A stretch of 56,759 nt of DNA, filler included, from Cladosporium halotolerans (taxonomy: Eukaryota): assembly GCF_011745625.1 (NCBI RefSeq). It is 2 parts of 2 records of this genome, joined end to end, with 100 filler letters (N's around TTAATTAATTAA, not from the genome) between each part and the next. Parts side by side here need not be neighbours in the genome. Positions count along the whole stretch, not along the records: positions 1 to 29,221 come from NW_027191531.1; 1 more part is not named here. One strand, 5' to 3'. Shown here piece by piece: positions 1 to 11,790 of this stretch. The stretch's first letter is position 1. Every line of letters begins with the position of its first letter. A program made the translations under genes and the position numbers. The notes beneath the pieces are model-generated. The model did no database searches, was not told the origin of the DNA, and was given only the letters and a program-made list of their open reading frames with translations.

Positions 1-322
1 TGATTGCTGATTGATTTCTGATTGAGCGCCCACCTGACTGATTTGATTCCTGATTGAGCTTCACCTGATTCTGAATATTCAAGATTCAAGATCTATGGGC
101 CTCATCCGCAACTTCACACCTCTGCATCGCATGTCAACCCTATTGATAGGAAGACCTTTGCAAGACCGACTATCTCCTCAGGATATACTTGAAGACACAG
201 TCAAAATTTGACGCAAGGAATACTTCCTGAATCGTTACTCTACTGAGTACCAACTCCATCCCATAGACACCAGGTCTTCGGCCACTTCCAATTCCATCAA
301 GTCAACTCACCTTCAACTCACC

Positions 323-901
323 ATGGACGACAACCTCCTCCAACAAGAGCTCGAGTCCCTAGCCGGCAACGCCTATAACCCCGACGGCCCCTCCATCAGC
401 TCCCACCCCGAACCCATCTCCGCCACAATCGCCCGCTGGAACCGTCTCTTCGACATCCCCGGCGACGACGCCGTCGACCGCATAATGGAGCACCGCAACA
501 ACCTGACCCGGACTCGAGTCTCCGACGACCACTGGGACGCCGTCCGCGCGGACAAGGAAGGCCGAGGGTACGATCGCGAGGCGTACGAGTACGAGCTCGA
601 GATGCAGAAGAGGAGGGCGAATCTAGTCAATCTTCTGCCGGTGGGTGAAGGGGAGGCGGAGGAGCGAATGACGTTTTTGGTCGAGCTGAGTGGGCCGCTT
701 GGGACTGTTGATGCGGTGCAGCGAGCGGCGGGCATGAGAAAGGCGCCGGAGGTGGTGGGTGGGTGGAGTGTGGAGGAGGAGAGGTCTGTTGAGATGTGCA
801 TTGTGGATAGTGAAGGGAAGAGGAATGTTTTGCGATGGGCGACTGGGGAGGGCGGGGGGTTTGAGCCGACGATTTTGGTGAATCCGAAATCGATGCATTA
901 A
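323..901 (+). CDS. Hypothetical protein, 192 aa, single exon
   Basis: ATG follows a CA-rich leader; protein-like composition and strong third-position bias. No family recognised. Confidence 0.7.
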   Translation: MDDNLLQQELESLAGNAYNPDGPSISSHPEPISATIARWNRLFDIPGDDAVDRIMEHRNNLTRTRVSDDHWDAVRADKEGRGYDREAYEYELEMQKRRANLVNLLPVGEGEAEERMTFLVELSGPLGTVDAVQRAAGMRKAPEVVGGWSVEEERSVEMCIVDSEGKRNVLRWATGEGGGFEPTILVNPKSMH

Positions 902-1009
902 TCAGTACCTATTGGAGCGGTCACGACATTACATCACGACACACCAGCAGTCATTCTTTCGGCCGTCGAGATTTCACAGGTCCAGCTCCAGACTATCCAG
1001 CAAATCAAC

Positions 1010-4000
1010 TCACCCATAGACATCACTGACATACCTGTCCGCCTTCTGTTTCGCAAGCCACTCCCTCGCTTCCTCAACGCCAACCTGCCTATGTTCCATA
1101 ACAGTCCTCTCAAGCAATTCATTAATGCTTTTCGCCAGCTTACTCGCACTGCCACACAAGAAAACCTTCGCTCCCTGCCGGAACAGTTCCACAACCTCAC
1201 CCTTCTCCGCTTCCAGCCGATCGCTCACATACTTGAACCCGCCGCTCTCCTTTGGCTTCCGCGAAAAGGTCGGGCGCAGCGATACAACGCCAGCCCTCTG
1301 CCACGCCTCCAGCTCCGACCGACAGATGTAGTCTTTGTTCGGGTCGCGGCAGCCAAAGTACAGCAGCGCGGCGCCCAGCTTGAGGTTCGGCTGCGCCTGG
1401 GCGATCGCCGCGCGCTCCTGGATGAAAGCGCGCATGGGCGCGAGACCTGTGCCGGCGCAGATCATGATGATCGGCGTCGCTGGGTCGATTGGCAGGCGGA
1501 AGTTGGTGGCCGTTGGGCGGATGTAGGCGTGGATTTTGCCGCCGGCTAGGGCGTTGGAGAGGTAGGACGAGGCGACGCCGTGGAAGGGTGTGGAGTGGTT
1601 GTAGAGGGATGGGGCGGTGAGGACGTCGTAGAGGATAGTGGCGGTTCCTGGGGCGGAAACCAATGGGGACGATGCGATGGAGTATTGGCGTGGCTTCATC
1701 GGCTGGAGCATGTCGAGGAAGGCCGCAAAGGAGAGCTCGCATGCGGGGAACTGCTCGAGGAGGTCGATGATGGAGGCGCGTTTTGAGAGGACTGCTGACT
1801 CGTAAACTGATCCTCCAAGGCGTTCCAGCTCAGCCTTCTGTTTGGGGTCGGTGGTTTGGGATGCCAGGAACTCGACTTGCTTTCGTGAGATTGGAGTTCC
1901 TATCTCGACGTATGCGGCCAAGAGACTGAACGCATACTCGGTTCGATCGTGTGGCTAGAACATGCTCGGTCAGTTATACTTCCAGAATCTTGCAAGATGC
2001 AAGCGCTCTTACTAGAAAGCTCTTCTTCGTCCCGGACAACTTGATCAAAGCATCGACGGGCAATTCAAATCTTGCCAGTACACGTTGCACAGCGTGTCTG
2101 TGATTGGTTGGCAAAACAACAAGGTAGTCACCAGCCTGGTACATCGCATCTTTCGGAAGCTCGACATCCATCAATTTCTTCTCAGGACCCACGGAAGTGT
2201 CGGCAAGCTGTGTGTGCTGACGAACAGTCCCAAGCGTCATTTCTTTCTCGCCCAGCATTTCCGGACGATCGACTGACATCTCGACCTTGAGCTCCTCCTT
2301 CCGGATACTAGTCTCCCCAGCAGATCGGCTGAGCGTTTGCCAAAGCAGCTCTGAGAACTCATCGAAGGCGCCGACGATATCTCCCGCTGCGTTTCCGAGG
2401 CCCATGGGGCACAATCTGGCGGCACCCGTCTTCCACAAGCTCTCGTCGACCAATCTCGGGATGCGATGGTAGGTATTGACCCAGTCGGGGTTGCCGCACC
2501 CGAAGACAGCGTACTTGACACCTTGCATTGGGACGCCCTCGCTCTGGATTTTCTCCAGCCAGGTAACGAACTTCCGGCCATTGTCAGGCGGCTGGCCTTC
2601 GTAGGAAGGAGTGATGAACACAACCGGTCTGTCTTTGGGGACGTGCTCGGTGGCGGAATCGAGCGTGCCCACTGTGGCGGAGAAACCGTGCGAGGACGCT
2701 GAGTTCTGCAGGGTCTCGGCGAAGCTCTTGCAAGTGCCTTGGTTGGAGCCGTAGAAGATAGCGAGCGGTGCCAGACCAGTTGCAGTCTGTGGTTTCTGGC
2801 TGGCGGCTTTGGCTGGGGTTCCGTTGACGACACTGGGCTCAGTAGTGAGTAGGCCAGAGTAGAGACCTCTCCCCGACCGCAGCCTGACTTTGATGTTCCA
2901 CCCGACAGGCTTGATGGTCAGCGTCTGGCGAATGTTCATCTCATATGACGGGTCAGCCATCTCGACCTGGAATCGCTGCAAGATCAGCGCCACGGCCATG
3001 GTCGCCTCCTGCCACGCGAAACCACGTCCAATGCAGGAGCGCACTCCGTTTCCAAACGGTTTCCACGAATGTGGCGGCAACGCCTCAAACCCACCGTTAA
3101 GCATCCTCTCGGGTCTGAACTCGTTAGCATCCTCTCCCCAAACGGCCGGATCGCGGTGGATGGCGGAGATTCCCAGGATCGCTGTGTCTTTGGCCTTGAT
3201 GCGATACTTGCCGCCGCCGATTAATTCGTCCTCGCCCGATTTGGTGTGCAGCCCGATATTTGGCACAGTAGGGTGCAGCCGAATGGTCTCCCTCAGCACG
3301 GCCTCGATGTACTTGAGTTTGTCCAGGTGGTTCACGCTCAAGGGACCGTCGCCAACGATTTCGTCCACTTCTTGTTGAGCGAGATGCAAGACCCTAGGGT
3401 GCTTGAGCATCATTAGGAACGTGAAGCCCAGAAGTCCTAACAGAGGTTCAGTAAGGAATCTCTCCAGGACTCTCCTCTCAACTTACCTCCTGTCGTGTCA
3501 TGACCAGCAATCTATCAAAGTCAGCACCAACCCCACTACAAGGCCAAATTGGCACCAACATACCAAAAAAGTCAACCTATCAGGAGAAACCCCGTCAGCA
3601 CCGCAATCACATCAACCAAGGACAGACGCAATCCGCCCGCAACACTTACATCTCATACCTAACCAACTCATCACTCATCCCCTCCCCCCTCTCATCCCTT
3701 GCCCCCAACATAATCCCCAGCAAATCCTGCTCCCCCTCCCCGTCCGCCCTCCCCCTCTCCTTCCTCTCCCGAACCAACTCATCGCAAACCCCCCAACAAA
3801 ACTCAATATCCCGCTCATACCTCTCCCCCGCCCACCTGCGCACCCTCGTCTCCAACCCCGTCCTCCCCGCCCTCCGCCCGCTCTCCAACAACGCGTCCAG
3901 CGCCGCCGTCACAAACGGGTGCATCCCCTCGCGGTAGAAACTATTAAACCTATACCCGAACGCGCACAGCGCGATCGTATCGAGCGTCAGGCGCGTGAAC

Positions 4001-4443
4001 GCATCGCTAACGTCGATCTCCGCCTCCGGGCCGAAGCGCTGCCAGCGCGCGAGCATCTGGCCCGCGACGTCGAGCATGTCCGGGAACATCCTGCGGACGG
4101 CGAGGGGCCCGAAGGCCGGCATGAGGAGGGTGTGCGCGAGGGCCCATTCCTTTTCCCAGGAGTGGGCGGTGAAGAGGCCGGGCCCGGTCAGGTTGCGGAC
4201 TTGCAGGAGGGCGCCGGCGACGGTTTTGGTGAAGCGGGACTCGTCGCAGAGGGAGGTCGCGAGGGATTGCGAGCCGATGTAGACGACGCGCGTGCGGACC
4301 ATGTCGAGGGCGAAGATCGGGCCGTAGTGGGTTGTGAGGGTTTGGTAGGAGCGGAGCATGTGGGAGGGGTCGGTGTCGGGGAGGTTGCCGGTGAAGAGGT
4401 GGGTGGGGGGTTGGGGGATGGGGAGTTCGGTTGTGGTGGCCAT
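1010..4443 (-). CDS. CYP505: Self-sufficient cytochrome P450/NADPH-P450 reductase fusion (CYP505/P450foxy family), ~1066 aa; exons 3650-4443, 3564-3576, 3487-3511, 2013-3436, 1010-1954
   Basis: Spliced I-helix LTFLIAGHDTTGG, ExxR (ETIR), PERM, heme ligand FGNGVRSCIG, FMN domain YGSNQGT/SYEGQPPDN, FAD/NADPH motifs RQYSIASS and AGTGLAP. All four introns are GT-AG and the exons sum to 3201 nt in frame. Confidence 0.95.
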
Positions 4444-5679
4444 TTTGGGGGTGGGTTGGTTGAGTGGTTTTTGTCGTTTGGAGGGTGGTGGTTATGGAGA
4501 CTGAGATGAACGACATGGCGTGGGCTCATATAGGTTACAGTGCTCAATTACCTTACAGCAGGTAGCCTCCAACCACGCAAGCACCGTGGTGCCACCTTGG
4601 ATGAGGTTACAGGCTTACCGAGCGACGCGCATGCGTCTGTCCCATGTCGAAGGCGAATGTCAGAGTACGATAGCTCAAGGCAATAAGATTCCTAGGCCTC
4701 TAAGGTGTGGAGCTCTTGCATGATCCCGCATTGAGACGAGTACAGACGAGCTCATAAAGCACGTGTGTCAGCATCAGGGGATCGTTCCGTACGACGAAAC
4801 AGCTACAATGTGCATGGGGGAGCTGGGAGCTACGGATCGAGTCGTATACGTCAGAGGAGCTTGCATGGTCTGCCATGAGAGTTGTGCCAGCGTTTGTGCA
4901 AGTGGTGGATAGAGCGAGGGGGGAAAAGGCTCGTGGTGGTAAGGTGGATGTTAGTTGACAGCTTCAGATGAAGTCCGTGGGGAAAGTCGCAGACCTGCTA
5001 CCCATCACGTGCAACCTCCAATGAGCTTACAACGCGGCTACTGAAGTCGCCAAACACGCACGAAACTTGGGGAGAAATCCTTTCAACAAGCACGAAACAA
5101 TCCAACGGTATACGCGTCGTCGCATTTCCAACCTCTACCTCACTCCTTTTCCCCAGAGGCGGGGGAGAAGTCTTATGTACAGTTATGACCAAAATACATC
5201 TCCACAGCCTCTAGCAAGGTAAAGGCGAATGGTTCGCCAAGGAATAGACAATCCAACTCCCGGCGTCACGCCACGCCACGCCTGTCGTGTCCAGGGGGCC
5301 GGGTGTTGTCAGCCCGGCTGGCAGCTCAGCTTATAATTTCGCGAAAGAAAAGAGACGGCGCAGCAGCGTGGTGTGACGTTGATAAGGGATAGAAAATGTC
5401 GACATGGCTTCCGTTTCAATTAGATTAAAGTCAGAAGGGAAGGAAAGATGAAAGTGAAGGAAAAGGAAAGTTATGACCGTGAAGATGCCGAGCGCCTTCT
5501 GGCCGAGTTGGATGACCGTCGAGTCTCGAGAGCGCGTTCTGTCGTGGAATGCTGAAGAGAAGCCCCTGTGTGCCCCTTTCTGGTAGTAAAGAGGAAAATG
5601 CGCGCGGGTGTTACAAATTGGTCGAAATCGTCAAATGCTTATATTTTCAAATTTGGTTCGATTCGCGTGCGCGCTATTT

Positions 5680-8066
5680 TCAATAGGTCGAGGGCGAGTC
5701 GTCTTCTTCCTCGCACGAGCAAGTGGGGAGGCCTGGTGGAGCAGAAAATGTCAGAAATGGTTCGATGGGGATCATTGTGGTTTCCAAATCGGGGAAATGG
5801 GCATGGGCACAAGTGGATATTGTGGCTTGGTTTGTGAGCACGCGAGCGCATAGATTGGTGTAACGCCAGGAACCCGAAGAGTTCAATTCCCCGCCATGAG
5901 GCCAATGAAAGAAACGTCCCCTCTCGTTGGTCGTCAAACGCGCGGAAAACCGAAAAGTCAAAGCAGTGCACAAATGCATGGACGGGGGAAATCTTAGGAA
6001 ATTAAACGCTCACCTTCCGTCGCCTTGTGAAGCGGGATGAACTCGGACCACTCGGGCAGCTCGTCGTCGGACGCGGTCTTGGCTGCGGTCGAAGAGAAGA
6101 CCTCGACCTTAAATCCCGGGATAGTCTTGTGGTCGATCTCCTGGCCCTGCGGGCCAGCAACCTTCCAGCGAAGCTTCTGCTGCAGGTAAGTGTCGACGTT
6201 CTTCGGGGTGAGATCGGCGATGCCGCCGCGGGTGTACTCGTAGACCAGGGTACGGGTGATCGGGATGCCGTAGTAGGCGGTGATGTTCTTCTCGGTCATG
6301 CCGGGCTGGGCGAGCACACCGGCGGGGCCGATGAGGTTCTTGTCGAAAGACCAGGAGGTGGGGTCGGGGTTCTCAGGCTCGCCGTTAAAGAGGAAGACGC
6401 TGTAGGAGCCGTTGAGCGCGTAGCGGGGAGTCTGGACGTGGCAGATGTATTGGTACGAGCTGCCGTTGTTGGCGCGCAGAGGAGTCGAGTTCTCCCTCAA
6501 CGGAGAAGCAGTGCCGGTCGGGAAGGCGGGAGAGGTGCCGTTGCCGGCGTTGTAGCTGACAGATCCAGTACCGGCGGAAGCAACGCTGGAGGTAGTCGTA
6601 GAGCTCTCAGAACCACCAAGGCCGAGGTCAAGGCTGAAGCTAGCGCTGAAACCAGTGGAGGCGGTGGTGGCGGGACCCTCCTCCTCGGTAGAGTCGCCCT
6701 GCTCGTACGAGCTGGCGTAACCCTGGGGCTCGGGAAGAGCGGTGCGCTTGGTAGAGCCAGCAGTGGCGGTGGCGCCGGGACCGTAGAGCCTGTTGATCTG
6801 CTGCATGATGGCGTTGGGGCTGCCGTCGGTGTTGGCGAACTCAGGGTAGGTGTACTTGAAGGTCTTCCAGTCACGAACACCGTTGGAAGTCCAGAAGTCA
6901 CCGTTAGTGTTTCTGTGGAAAGGAGTCAAAGGAGAGTTGGCGTTCTGGACCTGGCCAGCAGGGATAGTCCAGGTAGCGTGAGGAGAGGCCTGAGAAGCGC
7001 CGAAAGAGTTGGGGTTGGCGCCCTGCCACAGAGCGAAGAGACGGTCGACCATCATGTGGTGGAGCCAGAAACCGGGGTCGAAAGCAGCAGTGGAAAGGTA
7101 GGTCATGTGGCCAGCGGAGGTGCTAGAAGAGCCGGGACCACCAAGGGTGGTGTGGATGGTGTTGTGGATGCCCTCGAGCGAGTTGGAGCACCTGTTGTTG
7201 CTGGAAGTGTCGCCGGCGAATCCGGCGTAGTTCCTGCAAGTGCTGAAAAGCTGGTAGACCTGGTCCTGGAGAGAGGCACGGATGTTGTTGAACGCGTTGG
7301 TCGAGCTCTGAGTGACGGAGCTGGCGGTGTTCGAGTTGCTGTTGGGGTAGCGCAGAGTAACCTGCCAGTTGATGAAAGGAGTGTAAACCATATCCCTGGG
7401 GTTCTGGAAGTCGTGACGGAAGAGCGGGTTGATAATCGTCTGCATGCCGGTGGGGGTCTCGACGGAAATATACTTGTCGCTCATAACGTTCGGCAGGGCC
7501 GGGTAACCAGGCGCAGGGTGGGCAGCCCAGTCCCAGTAGGGGAAACGCATGGTCGAGGCGGCACCGGTCATCCAAGCACGACGGTTGTCCGGGTAGGATC
7601 TGGCGAGGTCGTTGACGACGTTCATGAAAGCCTGCTCGAAAAGGGCGAGGTAGGCGCGGTGCCAGGCAGGGAAGAGAACAGAGTCGTGGGTGCAGTAGCC
7701 GTCCGTCCCGCGGCAGCTGCTGCACTGTCCGACACCGTCCCAGTTCTGGCGAGGCACACCGTGAATGCCGGCAATCTGGTAGTAGGACATGCGCTCGTTC
7801 TGGCTCATCTGCTGGAAGCGCTGCAGGCCGAGCACGAAGAGGGTCCACTGGTTGGGCTTGGTGAAGAGCATCTGCCTCACTTCCAGACGGGGGTAGACGG
7901 CATTCTGGTTGACACCGGTGACGGCGACGTAGCCACCGGACTGCCTCTCCTCGAGGACGTGCGGCTCGTCGACGATCTCATCCACATCCTGGGCGAAGGG
8001 CGTGGAGGAGTGGGCGAAAACAGAGGAAGCGACTGACAAGGTACAGAAAAGAGAGGAGAACTTCAT
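5680..8066 (-). CDS. Secreted tyrosinase (type-3 copper) with S/T-rich linker and C-terminal domain, ~701 aa; exons 6014-8066 and probably 5680-5732
   Basis: Signal peptide MKFSSLFCTLSVASSVFA; CuA motifs HGVP and YCTHDSVLFPAWHR; CuB motifs EGIHNTIH and AAFDPGFWLHHMMVDRL; YTY motif. The last exon is inferred from a GTGAGC donor at 6013 and a TCTGAC..CAG acceptor at 5733. The unspliced ORF would stop at 5994. Confidence 0.9.
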
Positions 8067-11045
8067 GGCTGCGGTTAAGGAGAGACACAGCAATGAGGTT
8101 TGAACAAGGGAAGAGAACGACGGTTGAGCGGGTTTCGAGGAAACGGGCACTCGTCAGCGAGCAGACGCAGCGAGAGGGAAGGGTAAAGAAAGGCGAGGGG
8201 AGGTCAGAGAGGGTGGAGCCCGGCAGCGAGGCGTGAGACAGGACGGCGCTGGGTGGTGGAGGCTTACAGTTCGCCGGGCGGCGGATCAAGGCCTTGGAGG
8301 GCCGTGAGGGCACAGGCGGGCGGCGCATAGCCACGAGAGGGCAGCGTTTGAATCGCTGGCGCTCCGCAGGGTCTCGTTAACAGGCGGGCGGGCGCTGGGT
8401 GGTGCGTGGGCTGCAGCAACGGTCGACGGTCGCCGGCGGGGGCCAGTAGGCGAGAGGGCAGCGCCTGAGGCGAGCCAGGAGTGCAAGGATAGGGGGGAGC
8501 CACTATTGGGAGATCTCCCGCGCGCCTCTCGCTCGTGTTCGCCCGCGCATTGTGTATTTGTGTGTGTGTATGCCATGCGTGCGGAGACCAGCAGCTCCTC
8601 ATCATCAACCACCGCGTGAGGGTCAGCACACCTCAGGCCACGCGACATGCTGTGAAATCCTCACCACCAGCCGTGAACACGCCCATTCTCGCAGTGCAGT
8701 CCAGCAAGCGGAGTGGAGCCCACAGCGCCCTCCCCCAGCCCGGCGGCCAGCATCCCCCCGATCTAAATTAGGCGCCGAAACTCTCGCCCCCAGCCTAACC
8801 GGCGCCAGATCATAGTCCAAACACGCTGGCTTGCCCCCCTTTAATTTACTGCTGCTGCCGCTACCCGAATGCTCGGGCGACACGATCACCGGGCCTGCAG
8901 CCAGCGGCGGTCGTGCGCCTGCCCGCTCCAGTAAAGGCCCATCCGCCTAAAACGCGCCCGCATACTTTGGCTCGTCGTCACGGGATCCGATCAGAGTCAG
9001 GCAGTCAACAATAGGCTCCAGTAGTGCCGGTGCGCAACCACTGCTGTTCCTCGCCCACGTTGCATTGCGCGAACGAGCGCCGTGCACTTGCTCGCAGTTG
9101 CTGCAGGCGAAGCCAAAACGACGAAGACGTTCGCTCGCTCGTGCCAGCCACGCCGCCGCCCAGGCTCGCTTATGGCGGGCGAACGCTTCCATTCACGCGG
9201 CGAGACAAAGGGCCACTGTCTCGGAGGCTCTGGGGCTCTTCTTTTCTTGCGTTCGTTCCTACAGAGTACACGCAACGCAATGCGAGACCCGCATGCGCGT
9301 GGAGGACAGCACGAGGCGGTGCGACCTGTCACGGGATGCGCGTCGCTCACCTTCTCCCACAGCTGCAATCGAGATTCGCGTGTCTGTCTAAGGATCAGGC
9401 AGACTGGCCGAGCAGTTTGTCAGAAGCATGCGAACGATTATGGAATTTCCGCCCAGGCTTCTCCAACCACTAGCACAACCAGATCAACACAGGCTAGGTA
9501 GCACCTACACTACGTCCAGGAAGCAGCAAATCCCCATGCCCCAGCGATCGCGCTCGTCCCAAAGCAGCAGCACCACCTCATCTAATAAATTGCATACTAC
9601 TACCCAAAGACTGCGGACCGCACGTTCCGTGCAGCAGCTAGCTTGCCCGCACATCCTCCACGCAACTGACGAAAGGAACGCTCCCAATGCAATCATCCCC
9701 CTCCCCTTCGGAACCGGCACGCGTCTGCGCCTCCCCTTTCCGTCCAAGTCTGCGACGCGGGAAGAGAAAGGTGGAGAATAGGATGCGAGATGCGAAACGC
9801 ACGGCGCCGCTTGCTTCCTTCGGCGGTGCGCTGGTAGGCCAGCGTTTCACGCTGCGGAAGTCTGTGTGCCTGCCTGCAGTCGCTCGAAGGGAAATCGAGG
9901 TTTGCGTTGCGGTGTCGTGCGCCTGTTCGCAGAACATTCATGGTTTCCACCGTCAGTGGTCGTATTTCCAGCCATGACGATCTGGGTATGCCACGTCGCT
10001 TAGGGCACATAAAACCACATCCACGCGATCAGCGCGCCGATCGTCCGTTCGCTCAACGTGTCGACTCGTGACGAACGGACGCCCGGCACCAGAGCAGAGC
10101 ACAGACGCGCAAGCCGATCCGCTTGCTTCTTCTTTTCGCGCGCTGAAGACAAACCCAAAAATGAGAGCGTCCAGGAGAGCAGCTGTTCCCGGGAAAAATA
10201 CATACCTCAGCACGCGAAACGCGGACGGGAAGTCGAAGGGTTGCGATCGACGACGCGTGTCGTGACAGCTGGGTTTGCCCTGGTTTGCCCTGCCCTGACC
10301 TGAGCCGGGCGGGCTGGCTGGCGGGTGGAGAGACGTGTGTGTGTACCTGCAGTAGTCTGTTCGGAGAGGCGAGAGCTGGAGCGTCGGCTTTGAGAGCGTC
10401 GTGGTTTGACGGGTATAATAATTCAGCGGCCTCGACGTAGGTCGAGCATGCGATGCAGTATATGCATAGACTATCACTCCTACCATTGTCAGGGTGTCAT
10501 GCAGAAAAATATACCTCGGCTGATGAGAGCGAAGCACTCCATCTTGGCTGTTCCTGTTCCTGAGCGCAGGGCTGAATCGCGCAATATAATGCAAGGTACC
10601 AGCACGTGGCGTGCCTGCCCATGGGAAAGTAAATCGAAGAAGCAATCTAGGGCGTCAAGGTATCCATCTCTATTTATTTGATTTCGAGATCGCCGCTAGG
10701 AGTAGCAGTAGCAGTCGAGCGCGCTGTTTAGAAAGTCTACCTGATCTAGGGCTGCACGACGGGCACACTCAGGATCACGCCTTGATGGGATAATGATAAT
10801 AGAAAATTCCACGGTATGGTCATTTTGGTACTCCCAACAATATTTATCCACAAAAGCCCAAGTGTAGAGGTGGTAAAAAAACAATTGTGACCCAGTGTAC
10901 TGTAACTCAAGTCCATCTTGCTCCCCTCCCTGCCCTGGCAAGTTGTCCAAGAAAAAGAAAGATGATGTAACGCCTCTAGAGATATCCAACGAGACTGGCG
11001 GCGGCGCCGCGAATGCTTCAGAACGATCGATGCTATGCGATCTTC

Positions 11046-11790
11046 TTAGAGCGCGAGCATGGCGCCGACGACACCGATGGCGGCCAGGCCGGCGACCTCG
11101 ACGCCCATGCGAGGAGCGGCGCCCTCGGAGGCGGCGCCGCTGCTGCTCGCTGCGCCGGTCGGGCCGGTGCCTGCGTTGCGCGCTGTAGTTGGGCCGGCGG
11201 TGCCGGCGGTGGACAGGACGGTGCCGTTGCCGGAGGCGCTGGGCATGCCAGTGCCAGAGGCGACGCCGCCGGAAACGCCGGTCGCGAAGGTGGAGGCGCC
11301 GGTGATGGTGCCGGTGGAGTCCATGTCGGTCGAGTTGGCGGAGGAGCCGGTGGAGAGGTAGCCGGAGGCGGATGTGGTCTTGGAGGAGCCTGACTTGGTG
11401 GAAGAGGAGGAAGACTCGGCTGTGGGGTGGGTTGGTCAATTTGACGGTTTCACCTGTGTCGCGGGAGGTGGGTTGTCCGGAACTTACACATGCTCTCGCC
11501 GGCGTCCTTGCAGACTTCCTTGAAGTATTTGGTGGCGGCGTCCTCGTGGTCACCGCAGTTCTCGGACAGGTAGCTGGTCACCTTCTCGGAGGACTCGGAG
11601 CAGATGGCCTTGATGTCGGCAGGGTCGGGGCACTCGCTGCGCGGGTTGTCAGTCTGCGATCTTGGAATGGCGCTCATTGCGGGTATGCGACATACTTGAC
11701 GGCGGCGAGAAGGCAAGCCGGGGGAGTTGCGACAGCGACGCGCGCGGCGACCGCGAAGACGGCGAAGACGGTGGTGGCCTTTGCGAACAT
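11046..11790 (-). CDS. GPI-anchored cell-wall protein with 4-Cys N-terminal domain and S/T/G-rich stalk, 205 aa; exons 11696-11790, 11488-11636, 11046-11419
   Basis: Signal peptide, PPACLLAAV..ECP..ICS..NCG..VCK, S/T-rich stalk and hydrophobic tail VAGLAAIGVVGAMLAL. GTATGT and GTAAGT donors; 618 nt in frame. Confidence 0.85.

Noticed and set aside
1..75. Degenerate CTGATT/CACCTGA repeats at the window start
   Set aside because: Short low-complexity duplication with no array structure
6027..8036. 669-aa + strand ORF antisense to the tyrosinase
   Set aside because: Mirror-frame shadow of strong C-ending codon bias; no motifs
1010..8066. CYP505 and tyrosinase as tailoring genes of the PKS cluster
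   Set aside because: They are over 30 kb away, separated by housekeeping genes and an artificial join
8150..10900. Many short ORFs upstream of the tyrosinase
   Set aside because: No coding signature or spliceable gene model found; treated as intergenic
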